From a virus (Duplodnaviria > Caudoviricetes): a stretch of DNA of 44,352 nucleotides. Shown one piece after another: positions 16,334 to 26,576 of this stretch; within the stretch, counting starts at the first letter, position 1; the number at the start of each line of letters is the position of its first letter. The stretch is from positions 1 to 44,352 of the IMG/VR virus record IMGVR_UViG_3300047504_000019. One strand, 5' to 3'. The notes under the pieces were generated by a model. That model was not told the DNA's origin. It ran no database searches and saw nothing but the letters and a program-made list of their open reading frames with translations. Both the position numbers and the translations under genes were made by a program.

Positions 16334-17944
16334 ATGTAAATCTAACCAGTTCTTGCCTGTCGTTACATCCCATAGCACAGCCATCTCACAAAGGTTATCT
16401 AGGATATGTGCATCAGGAAGAGTAATAACAGATAATAATAACTCATCATGTATAGTGGTAGCAATCTTATACTCAGCTAATCTCACCATAGCTAACTTGA
16501 GTATCTCTGCTGCTGTACCCTGCACAATAGAGTTCACTACCTTTAACAATGGTTCATATCCCTCTTCCTCACCCTCTTCCATACTTTCTAATGTCCTCTT
16601 CCTACCCATCCAAGTAGTGATATATCCATCTCTTGCTGCTTGTCTCTCTATCTCATCCTTCCAATCCCTGAATTCATGGTAATCATCATAATAAGCATGG
16701 AGTAGAGTTTTAGCATCTTCATAAGAGATATTATCACCATGACGATGACTTGTCTCTACTAACTTACTCTCCCCTGCACCATAACTGGATGCTAATACTA
16801 ACTGTTTAGCTGTATATCTCTTTATATTATATCTCTGTGCTATAGGTAAATAAATATCTCCTGTAGCTAAATCTCCCATCATCTTTTTATCTTTAGAGAA
16901 CCATGCCATAATCCTTGGTTCTATCTGTGAAGCATCTGCATCCCAGAATATCTCTCCTGCATCAGGTAAATATTGGTCTCTTAAATGTTCTGGTATATTC
17001 TGAGGATTAGGTTTAGAACCTGCAAATCTACCTGTCCTTACTACATGATACACAGGATAGATTCTCTCCCTATCCAAGAATGGTTTAATGAATGTAGCAT
17101 AGAGAGTATGTTTCTCTCTATATTTCAAAGTAAGTTTAGCTATCTCTGAAGTCTCCATCAATGATAGTAATGCTTCCTCTCCTGTTCTCATATTACCCTT
17201 GGAACTGAATGATGTGATTATACCTTGCTCAGATAAAGCTATGCCTATACTCCTAGGAGATGCTGGATTGAAATGAAGCATAGTCACACAGACATCCTTG
17301 AGGTCATCAACAATGCCCTTATACTCTGTATTTCTCTTCCTGAGCAGTTCTTTATCTAGTCTGATTCCTCTCCTCTGCATAGCTAACACAATAGGAAGTA
17401 TCTCTTTATCTAAATGGTAAGAAGCATTGTCATTCTCTATCTTACTATATATCTTATATGTGCCTATACTGTGCATATTACATATCTCTGCTATGTCCTT
17501 AAATGCACAATCCTTCAGAGTCTTCTTCTTAATCTTAACTCCAGCTTCATTATAGAGTAGAGACTGTACTGCTTTCCAACTGAAAGAGAATGGAAAGGAT
17601 AAATCCCCTAACTTAGCTGGATACCCCTGTGCTTGAGCCATAAGCATAGTGTCATCTATCCAGTTGATATGATGACCAGCAGATTCTAAATTGAAGACAT
17701 CAAAGAGGACATTATGCCATACACTAGGAATCTTTTCTAACAGAGACCATACTTTGCTTATATCTTCATCATCAGAACTGAAAGCAATGGATGTATCTGG
17801 AGAGATAGCAAGAGAGATACAGAGAAGTTCTTTATTATCTTCACTTACTGTTTCTGTATCTGCTGCTACAAGAGTGCTTTGCTGGAGTTCATTCCAGACT
17901 TCATCTCTGCTCTGGAAGATTCTAGGACTACTAACTAAAAGCAT
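16319..17944 (-). CDS. polA: Family A DNA polymerase with 3'-5' exonuclease
   Basis: DTET, HNVLFD, DDTML, RTGRF...PNPQNIP, DASQIEPRI (motif A), AKQLVLASSYG (motif B), VQGTAA, IHDE (motif C). Confidence 0.95.
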   Translation of the reverse strand: MLLVSSPRIFQSRDEVWNELQQSTLVAADTETVSEDNKELLCISLAISPDTSIAFSSDDEDISKVWSLLEKIPSVWHNVLFDVFNLESAGHHINWIDDTMLMAQAQGYPAKLGDLSFPFSFSWKAVQSLLYNEAGVKIKKKTLKDCAFKDIAEICNMHSIGTYKIYSKIENDNASYHLDKEILPIVLAMQRRGIRLDKELLRKRNTEYKGIVDDLKDVCVTMLHFNPASPRSIGIALSEQGIITSFSSKGNMRTGEEALLSLMETSEIAKLTLKYREKHTLYATFIKPFLDRERIYPVYHVVRTGRFAGSKPNPQNIPEHLRDQYLPDAGEIFWDADASQIEPRIMAWFSKDKKMMGDLATGDIYLPIAQRYNIKRYTAKQLVLASSYGAGESKLVETSHRHGDNISYEDAKTLLHAYYDDYHEFRDWKDEIERQAARDGYITTWMGRKRTLESMEEGEEEGYEPLLKVVNSIVQGTAAEILKLAMVRLAEYKIATTIHDELLLSVITLPDAHILDNLCEMAVLWDVTTGKNWLDLHAVIV

Positions 17945-18251
17945 CAGGCACAGCCTCTATAGAATGAAATATAGGTAAATATAAACTAGAAGCTAAAACA
18001 GCTTCTTTTGCTGCTCCGTCAGAGATACCATCTAAATACAATAGAGCTTCTGCCCAATGAATGATAAAAGTTGCATCATACTCTAACCAGAACCCATATT
18101 CCTTGGGTGAGTATATATGCCAAAAGTGTGTCCAATGAGGGATATAAGGAGTATGTCCTTTCTTAACTAACTCATCTGCAACCTCAAAAACTCTATGAAG
18201 ATTAACAGCAACATCCCCTTGTGTATAAGGAGCAGCTATATAGATTCTCAT
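17931..18251 (-). CDS. DUF4406/DUF1937-like (nucleoside deoxyribosyltransferase-like fold) protein
   Basis: MRIYIAAPYT...GHTPYIPH...SDGAAKE; likely start at 18251 after GAGGAGG. Confidence 0.75.
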   Translation of the reverse strand: MRIYIAAPYTQGDVAVNLHRVFEVADELVKKGHTPYIPHWTHFWHIYSPKEYGFWLEYDATFIIHWAEALLYLDGISDGAAKEAVLASSLYLPIFHSIEAVPDAFS

Positions 18252-18799
18252 TATACCCTCCTCAATGAATGTACAAATGGGAAGAGCACTTGAGCTAACT
18301 GCTCCAATAGAATACAATCCTGTATATTATGCTCTACTATCTTATCCAATGCTTCTATATCACCATTCATCCCTGCTTTCATCCATAGCTCTCCATCTAC
18401 TACAGTCTTTTTCTTCCTGAAGAAGTAACTTGCTAGAGCATCTAATCTTCTTCTGCTTACCTGTAGATTAGCTTTAGCTAATGAATATGTGTCCATGACA
18501 AAGATATTAGGTAATGTAGGTAAGTTGTATCTCACAGCCTTAGCATTGATATATCGTATATCAAAACTTCCATAATGCACCACAATTACTGCATGTTGAG
18601 CTAACTCTTTCAGTATAGCAGCAGTGATAGTTTTATCATTCTTTCTATTCCCAGTCTCCCAATCAGGATTGTAGTCATCTGCTCTGAATACTATAGGCTC
18701 TCCTCCAAAGGGTTTAATACAGGCTGATAGGATGACTGAGAAATCAGCCTTCAACTCTGTAGTTTCTAAATCAAAAGAAACAAAATCTAAATTACGCAT
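18251..18799 (-). CDS. RNase H-like DEDD 3'-5' exonuclease
   Basis: FDLETT, HYGSFDIRYI, MDTY, RLDALA, HNIQDC. Confidence 0.85.
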   Translation of the reverse strand: MRNLDFVSFDLETTELKADFSVILSACIKPFGGEPIVFRADDYNPDWETGNRKNDKTITAAILKELAQHAVIVVHYGSFDIRYINAKAVRYNLPTLPNIFVMDTYSLAKANLQVSRRRLDALASYFFRKKKTVVDGELWMKAGMNGDIEALDKIVEHNIQDCILLEQLAQVLFPFVHSLRRV

Positions 18800-18980
18800 A
18801 ATACTCCTCTCTACGCTCTATACACTCAGGTTTCAGTTTATAGACTAACTTATAACCACATTTGCACTCTATTCTTTGAAGTATAAAGTCTGGTGGACTA
18901 GGATTACCAATCATTACCCAGTTATGATTTAGTTCCCTACCACAACGAGGACACATATTATATTGTCTAATTTCCTTCAT
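18792..18980 (-). CDS. Small zinc-ribbon protein
   Basis: CPRCG...CKCG. Confidence 0.65.
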   Translation of the reverse strand: MKEIRQYNMCPRCGRELNHNWVMIGNPSPPDFILQRIECKCGYKLVYKLKPECIERREEYYA

Positions 18981-19693
18981 TCATCCCTCCCTAGAGCAAT
19001 CTTTATTTTCTTAACCGTAGCTTCTCCTACACCATGAATCTCCACTATATCCTTCTCCTTAGTGTGTATAATCTTATCTACTGTCTTGAACTTCTCCAAC
19101 AGCTTAGTGCTTACTACCTGTCCTAACCCCATCCCTAGTAATGTTTTCATTTGTGGAGAGACATCCTTTGGGATATTCAACTTCACTTTCTGAAACATGT
19201 GAGACATATCAGGATTCTCTCTACAAATCTTCACTAAGGCAGCAAGGAAATTCGCTGTCTCTCTAGTACCACAGGTCTTAAATACAGGTATTCCTATCTG
19301 CCATAGCCTACACTCAAATCCAGCATAGTAGTTATATGGTCTATTAACAACTCTATCTCTATAGAATATACTACCATCCATCTTCTGCTTATATAGTATT
19401 GTAGAACCATTGATAGGGTGCATGAGTCCTTCTACCAGCAATCCTACTTTACCATTCAATCCCTGCATCTCATTCAATGCCCTCCTCAACTGCTGCTCTA
19501 AGTCATCTACCCTTCCAGCTAAGTCATGCACTTCCTTCCTCTCTATAGTTACTGGACATCCTTCATAGTCATAGAAGGTATAATCTAAGAATCCCTGCCT
19601 ATTAGCTGAGGTTATATCTACTCTGATGAGTTTCTGTAGTTCCTCAGTTACAGTGAAGGGTTCGCCTCGGTCAGCTATGATGAAGTTATCCAT
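18977..19693 (-). CDS. ERCC4/XPF-family structure-specific nuclease with HhH tail
   Basis: ADRGEP, DY, IERKEVHDL, LLVEG; C-terminal GLGQ and IHGVGEAT hairpins. Likely start MDNFII. Confidence 0.85.
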   Translation of the reverse strand: MDNFIIADRGEPFTVTEELQKLIRVDITSANRQGFLDYTFYDYEGCPVTIERKEVHDLAGRVDDLEQQLRRALNEMQGLNGKVGLLVEGLMHPINGSTILYKQKMDGSIFYRDRVVNRPYNYYAGFECRLWQIGIPVFKTCGTRETANFLAALVKICRENPDMSHMFQKVKLNIPKDVSPQMKTLLGMGLGQVVSTKLLEKFKTVDKIIHTKEKDIVEIHGVGEATVKKIKIALGRDE

Positions 19694-19935
19694 CACAACT
19701 CCTCTACCCTTCTCCAACCAGCTTTAATTAAATCTTCCTGCCCCTTCTTATATGCCCTCGTGGAATTTATCTGCCATACTGTCTGGTCTTCTGCTAACCT
19801 CACATAGCCAGCCCTCTTAAAATCATCTTTTATCTGTTCTACACAATAGAACAAATCACCACCATTCTTTCTATGAGCATATAGAATTTCTTTAATAGCC
19901 TGTGTAAGCATTAGTTCATTTAATTCATCCATCAC
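19693..19935 (-). CDS. Hypothetical protein
   Basis: Translationally coupled ORF; GYVRLAEDQ resembles the C-terminal module of 26860-27735. Confidence 0.6.
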   Translation of the reverse strand: MMDELNELMLTQAIKEILYAHRKNGGDLFYCVEQIKDDFKRAGYVRLAEDQTVWQINSTRAYKKGQEDLIKAGWRRVEEL

Positions 19936-20627
19936 ATATTCCTCAACTTATTTATCAATGTCTCCACACTCTCAAATGTAGGCTCTTCTATCTCCAATCC
20001 CTCAGCCTTTAATGTCAATCCACAATCCTTCACTGTGTACACAGGCTTACCATCCCTCTTACTGGACTGTAACACTACATCAGCAAGGTCTCCTGTGTAC
20101 TTAAATCCATCAGCTTCCATCTCTCCAGTAGGCTTACCCTCTTTATATACCTCTTTAAGATGATGTACCAGTATAAGATTCTTCCCATGTATCTTAGCTT
20201 GAGTGAGCAGCATCTTCATATCAGTATTAGGGATGAAGTATTCCTGTGGCATAAGATTCCTTCTCTCAGATTCCCCTTTAGCTTTTGCTTCAACATTCAA
20301 CTCAGCAAGATAAGCTAATCGTCTTAACTCCCACACTGCTGTGAAAGTATCAAAAGCAACAGACTTCACCTCTTTATCTTCCAGAGCATCATTATACTCT
20401 TTAAGTAATCTATCCCACTCCTTCATCACAAAAGCTGCTTGCTTCTTTTTATTGATGATAGCTAATGTTCCATAATCCAGAATAGTAATCTTATCCTTTG
20501 GAGGTCTATACTTAGGTTCTACTCTATCCACACCCAAATCAAAATCAAAATACACTATCTTCTGTGGTGCTGATTGAGCAAAGGTACTCTTAGTTGTCTT
20601 TCTAACTCCCTCTAATGATATTATCAT
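19932..20627 (-). CDS. AAA_24/Sak4-like ATPase, putative recombinase
   Basis: Degenerate Walker A GVRKTTKST, FDFDLG, VAFDT, LILVHH. Confidence 0.7.
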   Translation of the reverse strand: MIISLEGVRKTTKSTFAQSAPQKIVYFDFDLGVDRVEPKYRPPKDKITILDYGTLAIINKKKQAAFVMKEWDRLLKEYNDALEDKEVKSVAFDTFTAVWELRRLAYLAELNVEAKAKGESERRNLMPQEYFIPNTDMKMLLTQAKIHGKNLILVHHLKEVYKEGKPTGEMEADGFKYTGDLADVVLQSSKRDGKPVYTVKDCGLTLKAEGLEIEEPTFESVETLINKLRNM

Positions 20628-21274
20628 TTATCCTCCTTCTTTATCCATTGACCCCACATCTCAGGTGTCATTACTGTATCAGCTAAACCATAACTAATAG
20701 CTTCCTCTGGCTCTAACCAGAAGTCTCTATCCACATCTCTCAATATAGTATCTCTATCTGCTTTCACTCCACATTCCTGTAGCATATCTACCATCTTCTC
20801 TTTATACTTCTGCATCTCAGTATGCTGTATCTCCCACTCATGTATATCACCCTCTATCATACCACTAGGAAGATGAAGCATAACCTTAGCATGAGGAGAC
20901 AAATATCTCTTACTTCCTGCTGCTAAAAGCAATGCTGCTCCTGATACACAGATTCTACCTAGCATCTCCACAGGAGACTTAATCAACTTAATAACATCAT
21001 AGAGTAGAAATACTATATTCAAATCTCCTCCCATTGATGTTATCACCATCCTTATAGGGTCATGGGAAAGAGAATCTAATGCCATCAGAGTGTTTAGCAT
21101 CCCTGTATCTGTTGAACCTGTTAGTGCTTTTGCAGGATTCCCCATACCAATAAGGCTATCAAAGAATATCATTCTATGTTGTAACAACATGTGTTCATAC
21201 CAACCTACTAACTGGTCATCATGGACTAATTCATGTCCCTTTTCTGTTTTAACTATTCTTGGATATAACATCAT
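20624..21274 (-). CDS. clpP: ClpP-family serine protease
   Basis: ITSMGGD, CVSGAALLLAAG (Ser), MLHLPSG (His), DRDFWL...EAISYGLAD (Asp). Confidence 0.9.
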   Translation of the reverse strand: MMLYPRIVKTEKGHELVHDDQLVGWYEHMLLQHRMIFFDSLIGMGNPAKALTGSTDTGMLNTLMALDSLSHDPIRMVITSMGGDLNIVFLLYDVIKLIKSPVEMLGRICVSGAALLLAAGSKRYLSPHAKVMLHLPSGMIEGDIHEWEIQHTEMQKYKEKMVDMLQECGVKADRDTILRDVDRDFWLEPEEAISYGLADTVMTPEMWGQWIKKEDK

Positions 21275-21903
21275 TTCTTCTCCTCAATCATACAACGTAA
21301 TCTATATCTACAATCCTTGCACAGCCAATCTTCACTTGTCCTAGTTGGTAATGTATGAGTGCTTAATGCTATCTTCAATATCTCTACATTACCAAGTACC
21401 ATTCCCCAATTCTCCCCCAACTCTCTACTTGTAAACTCTATATGATAATTAAGCAACTCTGGATGTATAAGAGTAAATATCAATAACTCTCCCTCAGTAA
21501 CTTTCAGTCCATAACAGTATCCCATTAGTTGCTTTATCCAATGCTGAGGGAAGTCATGGGAATCAAGTCTCTTCCTACCAATCCTAGTAGTCTTCAACTC
21601 TACTGGAGTCCCTTTAACAGTCTCGAAATCAGGATTCAAGAGGATACCATCTAACTTCATTTCTGTCTCTCCAACAGTTGAAGCCAAATGTAATACCTCT
21701 TGCAACCCTAACCCTAAGATAAAGTAAAGCAATTCATCCTCAGTGGGTGGGAGAGCATCAACCTTATCCCAATATGCTTTTCTAAGGCAGAGTAAACAAT
21801 CTGTCAGATGAATACCCTCACGCTGATGCAGTAACTTGAAGTGTTCTTTCAAATTCTGTAACAGTGTATCTATGAACTCAGGTTGTGTCTCCCACACCTT
21901 CAT
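21271..21903 (-). CDS. Cas4-like PD-(D/E)XK exonuclease
   Basis: CLRKAYW, PD...ELKT, QLMGY, CKDCRYRLRC (four-Cys pattern). Confidence 0.85.
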   Translation of the reverse strand: MKVWETQPEFIDTLLQNLKEHFKLLHQREGIHLTDCLLCLRKAYWDKVDALPPTEDELLYFILGLGLQEVLHLASTVGETEMKLDGILLNPDFETVKGTPVELKTTRIGRKRLDSHDFPQHWIKQLMGYCYGLKVTEGELLIFTLIHPELLNYHIEFTSRELGENWGMVLGNVEILKIALSTHTLPTRTSEDWLCKDCRYRLRCMIEEKK

Positions 21904-21913
21904 ATCAATACTC

Positions 21914-22531
21914 CTATTTCTCTACAAAGACTCCATTAACTTCTTTGAGTTTAGCTGTGACTTCTGGTGAGGTGAAGAACTTACCATTCATAATAGAGGA
22001 GTAGAGCTTCATGTTCTTCTTGATTGAAGCATCATCTGATGCTATCTTTTCAAAGTCTGCTTGAGACTTACCCTTCAGTAAATCTACAGCATAATTAGTA
22101 GCACTCACTCCCTTACCCTCTACAGCAGTAACTCTCCACACATCCCCCTTGCTCTCTTTTCCAGTCTTGTCTGTGAAGAAGAGGTGGTTCTTCTCCTTCT
22201 CCAGAACTATTACACTCTTCACTACATCATCAATAGAGACCTCAGTAACATCCCTACCCAACACCTCAGCCACACTATCCTCCAACAAAGCCCAACTGGA
22301 TGTTATACTATCAGAGAACTTTACTCTTATCTCCGCAGTCTTGTAAGGATAGGGTGTATCGGACTCAATCTCCAAGATGTTCACTACCTTGAGAATGACA
22401 TCCTGTTGACCTGCTTTGGCAAATGTTCCCTTCCTTGGCTCTAGTACCCTACTCTCTAATGTCCCTTTAACTCTATTGATAGGTGTCTGATAACTGGCTA
22501 CACTCTCTCTCTTTGATTTAAGTCTTTCCAT
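21914..22531 (-). CDS. Putative single-stranded DNA-binding protein
   Basis: Beta-rich ORF with a strong AAGGAGG RBS next to the Cas4/Sak4-like genes; assigned by context. Confidence 0.45.
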   Translation of the reverse strand: MERLKSKRESVASYQTPINRVKGTLESRVLEPRKGTFAKAGQQDVILKVVNILEIESDTPYPYKTAEIRVKFSDSITSSWALLEDSVAEVLGRDVTEVSIDDVVKSVIVLEKEKNHLFFTDKTGKESKGDVWRVTAVEGKGVSATNYAVDLLKGKSQADFEKIASDDASIKKNMKLYSSIMNGKFFTSPEVTAKLKEVNGVFVEK

Positions 22532-22572
22532 AATTAAACCTCCTTTGTTTTATTTGGATTCGACTTGATTCC

Positions 22573-22743
22573 CTAAATAACCAACAACTCACTTATAGCT
22601 TCTTGGACATTCTCAAGAGCCTTCTTTATATGCCCTTGCTTTACAAGCCCTGAACCATAAAATGAGACCTCCTGCAATGCTTTTTTAAGACTCTCTTCAA
22701 CACTATCCAAGACCTGTCTTATTGCATAAACAATAACGTCCAT
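22573..22743 (-). CDS. 56-aa helical hypothetical protein (not in ORF track)
   Basis: MDVIVYAIRQVLDSVEESLKKALQEV...ISELLVI* with a GAGG RBS. Confidence 0.5.
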   Translation of the reverse strand: MDVIVYAIRQVLDSVEESLKKALQEVSFYGSGLVKQGHIKKALENVQEAISELLVI

Positions 22744-22984
22744 CTATCATACCTCTTGCTAGTATAGATAAATACTCTCTAATCAATGTAGTAGTCTTCT
22801 TCTTACTCTTCCTCTTCTGCTTCAGCATCTCACTCACTCTACTCACTGTAATAACAGCTATATCATAACACTCCTGTGGTATTGATACAGTTATTATCTC
22901 TGCTGGTAACAGTCCTCTTTCTACCAATCTATAGACTGTACGAGAAGATATACCCCACTCCTTAGCTACATATTCAATCTTCAT
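22703..22984 (-). CDS. Excisionase/MerR-like HTH DNA-binding protein
   Basis: IEYVAKEWGISSRTVYRLVERGLLPA; likely start MKIEY. Confidence 0.75.
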   Translation of the reverse strand: MKIEYVAKEWGISSRTVYRLVERGLLPAEIITVSIPQECYDIAVITVSRVSEMLKQKRKSKKKTTTLIREYLSILARGMIDGRYCLCNKTGLG

Positions 22985-23205
22985 GCAGAATCTCCTGTAT
23001 ATATTGTCCAAGGCTGTGACCAAGGATTATAAGGATACCAAGGAGATGTAGGATAAGGCACATAGGGTACTGGCTCAGGTATATAGTAGCTCTTCTTTGA
23101 ACTATGATAACAGCTATCACACCTTACTCCTTCATCACTGCACCTTCTTCGATATGGACAATCATACTGATAGTGAGTATAAATATCTGCTGCTGTTTCA
23201 CTCAT
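22981..23205 (-). CDS. Small Cys/Pro/Tyr-rich hypothetical protein
   Basis: ORF with RBS directly after promoter 23226-23255. Confidence 0.55.
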   Translation of the reverse strand: MSETAADIYTHYQYDCPYRRRCSDEGVRCDSCYHSSKKSYYIPEPVPYVPYPTSPWYPYNPWSQPWTIYTGDSA

Positions 23206-23225
23206 TCTTCACTCCTTATGACAAT

Positions 23226-23255
23226 AGTATAGCACATTGGCATAGCCCTTGTCAA
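23226..23255 (-). promoter_or_regulatory. Sigma-A promoter
   Basis: TTGACA-18 nt-TATACT, extended -10. Confidence 0.75.
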
Positions 23256-23397
23256 GTCCCTATGCCACATCTTCTCCTGCATCTAATAAACATTGAAGCA
23301 TTAACTTCTTCAACTCTTCCTTACCCCATCCTGTCTTCTGTTCTAACCTTTCTAACAATAACTTCCATGCTCTTAAATAGATTTTCATTTTTCCTCC

Positions 23398-24144
23398 TTA
23401 TACTAATGAATACAGTCCTGTAGTAGTATCCAAACTAATTGTTACTGAAAACTCATCAGTTGAACCATGACGTAAAGTTCCAGTGAGTTTCCTATTAGTA
23501 CCTTCCATTCTTCTTAATCCTAATATCGTATCTGTCCAACCACCAGTAGCAGTAGAACCTCTTAACTCTTGGTCTCCCAAGTCCACCTTACCTGTCTGTA
23601 TCACCAATGTCTTCCTTCCCTGTGCTGTGAATATAAGAGAAAAGTGATAATCATTTATGAGTTTATCCAAATGGTCATAGATGAGTGATAAGTCCTTATA
23701 TTCCTCTCCTCCCAATGTACACTTATATAGTGGGTCTATAATCACTACATCAGGATGAACTTCCTCCAAAGCAGAAGTTAAGTTATCCCTACCTTCCTGT
23801 GTATCTAACTTCAACCAGAACTCAGTAGTCAAGTAGAGATTCTTCTTCACCAATTCCAACTGAGACAATACAGAGTTTCTCAATCTCCTATGAAATGGTA
23901 TATATGGCATTTCAAGTTGAATATAATGCACTCTACAGGGCTTAGTCTTGAATAACTCTGAACCGAAGAGAGGCAATCCACCAGCTACACACATAGCTAT
24001 GTATTGCACAAGAGTTGACTTCCCTGCCTTAAATGCACCATAGAGAACTAGCTTAGTCTGCTCTAAGAGCACTCCTGAACCTATGATGGGGGGAATATAA
24101 TGCTCTTTTTCGGAGAGAACACTCTGTAATGTTTGTATCTTCAT
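23398..24144 (-). CDS. RepA/AAA_25-type RecA-fold helicase
   Basis: GAFKAGKST, YIQLEM, VVIIDPL, LRGSTA. Confidence 0.85.
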   Translation of the reverse strand: MKIQTLQSVLSEKEHYIPPIIGSGVLLEQTKLVLYGAFKAGKSTLVQYIAMCVAGGLPLFGSELFKTKPCRVHYIQLEMPYIPFHRRLRNSVLSQLELVKKNLYLTTEFWLKLDTQEGRDNLTSALEEVHPDVVIIDPLYKCTLGGEEYKDLSLIYDHLDKLINDYHFSLIFTAQGRKTLVIQTGKVDLGDQELRGSTATGGWTDTILGLRRMEGTNRKLTGTLRHGSTDEFSVTISLDTTTGLYSLV

Positions 24145-26576
24145 TTCTCAATGTTTTCTGTTACTACAAGAGAAGGTATCCTAGCATATCCTTCTTTCAT
24201 CATCTCCATAGCACAATCTTTGCAATAAGTTCCATAGTAACAACCATCACAATCATCTACTTCAAGATATACCCCCTCATTAAACTCTCTAACCCAATGA
24301 CCACAGCATAACTTGATATGATAGAACTCTATGATGATAGATTCAACTAGCCCAGGAATGTCATAAGGTCTTAGATACTGTTTAATCTTAGTGTGCTTAG
24401 TCCACCTCTCCACTGTATCTATGATTCTCTGTCGTTTCTCTTCTGATTCAATAGTCATTTGCCCTCCGCATCAGGAATAAACACTAGTGTTCCCTTAACT
24501 CCTTGATAGGTCACTTTATCTTCCTCCCCCGTGAATATCTTAGCCCCTCGGTCGAATCCATATCTCAAATAGTCAGCATAAACTTCATGTGGGATGGCTT
24601 GCTTTTTCAAAGCCTCTAGCATGGCATCTGCTCCTACCTCAAAACAGGCTTGTTGCGTTTCTTGTGATAAGTCTATTTCTCTATCCCAAGCTATTTGCAC
24701 TCCCTCTTTATAGGGATTCTCCCATCCTTTAGGTCTCCAGTTCATTTGCCCTCCTTTAGATATTTAGACTTGAGTATCAGCCAAGCTCCAGCGGGAAGCC
24801 AATACATATCATCATCTTGCATTTTATATTTCTTAATCTCCTCAAATATCTCTCTTGCTGTCTCCTAGCGGACTTGGGCAAAGGCTTCTTCTGTATGCTG
24901 TAACACAGTAGCTCCTAACTTAGTTTTAGGATTCGTCATGGCAGATAACGCAATACCTATTTCCTTTGCATACCATTCTACATCGGCATCTCGCTGAGCT
25001 TCCTTTGCACTACTACCACAGCCAGGACAACCTTCTGGTTCTGTATCACAAGTTGAGCAGTCAAAACTATCTATTATAGGTGGCTTCTCCATTTAGACCT
25101 CCTTTGGGTATTATCTTACCTATTTTGGGTATGCACAGAAGACATCAAATCCTTCTGAGCCTCTATAATAAAGACATCTCTTGCATAGTTCATACGTTCC
25201 ACCAAGAAAGAAGATTGGACAATCCTGTGTGGCTCCATCTGCATCAAAAATAATTCTTCTAAAGAATATCTGTCCACAAATAGGACAAACATACTTATCT
25301 TCCAACCTCTTTCTCAACCTTGCAACACAATCCCAGCAGTAATATTGCTTTCCTTCTTCCCTCTCTATCTCCTCTTGCAGAGACACCCACTGTTTAATCT
25401 CATCAAGAGTAGCTGCTCCGTCAATAAACTTACTCATCTTTACCTCCATCTGCACTCAGAGAAACAGTGCATATCATCCCTATCTAATGTACCATTCTTA
25501 TGAATAAACACTACTTGTCTATTAGCAAAGACTTTGAGTATCAATACTGCCTCTGCCTTCTCATCATCAAGACCCTCACACATTCCTCTCTCATCAAATT
25601 TATTTGGTTTGTATATAGCATCAAATGGCATCACCTTTACCTCCTTCTATCATAAAGAGAATGACATCATCCACTAACCTATCCCAATCAATCTCAGTTA
25701 ATACAAAGTCTCTCTCACAGTGAGGACAAGTAACTATATCTGGGATATGTTCTGTCAGCACTAACATCACTGCATCCCTTAGCTTTGCATAACTTTTATC
25801 TATTGCTTTAGCAAGTTCTTTATTCATCTTTTCCCTCCTTTATCAATCAATCTCTCAAATCTCCTTATCATCTCATCTATATATTCCTCCTTACCTTTAT
25901 TCAGGAATCCTATGAATATGGATAATGTCCCATGTAACATCCTCCTAGCCAACTTCCTTGTCATCCTTCTTGATTCCACTTCAACCTTGAAGTCCATCAC
26001 TTCTCTTAATGCCAACTCTCTGTAACAATCCAATATTTTCTGCTCCTCGTCACTAACTACCTTCAATCTTCCCTCTACTCACAACTGGATTCATTTCTCT
26101 ACTCCCTTGAGAAAGGCTTGCCACTCTGGGTCATCACTCAGTTCATAGAATCCCACAGAGGGCAACTTCTCCTTGCCAAATCTGAGAATATAATTACCGA
26201 GATACCCATAAGCCACACCTTCCTTAGGTGGGACATCAGCACAGTAGAATCTGTGGTCTTTTATCCACTCTGTGACCTTTCTTATCCCTCTTTGTTCAGC
26301 CTCATCTAATTTCTGATAAAGCTCACCTTCTCGGAGTAATGGAGTATCACAGTGGTCGCACATTTCTGCCTTGTGAGCTTCATACCCTCTGTTGTAAGCC
26401 TCATCTACCTCACTCTGGCGGGCTTCCCAGGTAGCCTTGGCTTGGGCTTCAAGGCGATAGATAATGTAATTCTCTAGCTCTGACCGTTTATTTATTCCTC
26501 TCAGTATGAACCTTATTGACTTGGAAGTTTCTTGCTGGTTTAGTTTCACAGTCTCTTGCCAATTCATTTTGTCCAT
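24141..26576 (-). CDS. Cluster of small, tightly packed hypothetical genes (24141-24458, 24455-24745, 24865-25092, 25120-25455, 25440-25634, 25621-25827, 25824-26066, 26091-26576)
   Basis: Mostly overlapping or adjacent ORFs with GGAG RBSs; several carry CxxC pairs. Confidence 0.65.

Noticed and set aside
16320-16373. Longer Mom N-terminus (MGCNDRQ...) from the ORF track
   Set aside because: It overlaps the polA C-terminus without a clear RBS; the TAATG-coupled ATG at 16319 is more plausible.
21271-21903. CRISPR-Cas system suggested by the Cas4-like gene
   Set aside because: No repeat-spacer array or other cas genes; solo Cas4-like nucleases are common in phage recombination modules.
22703-22984. 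Excisionase implying an integrating prophage
   Set aside because: No tyrosine or serine integrase and no host flanks; more likely a transcriptional regulator.
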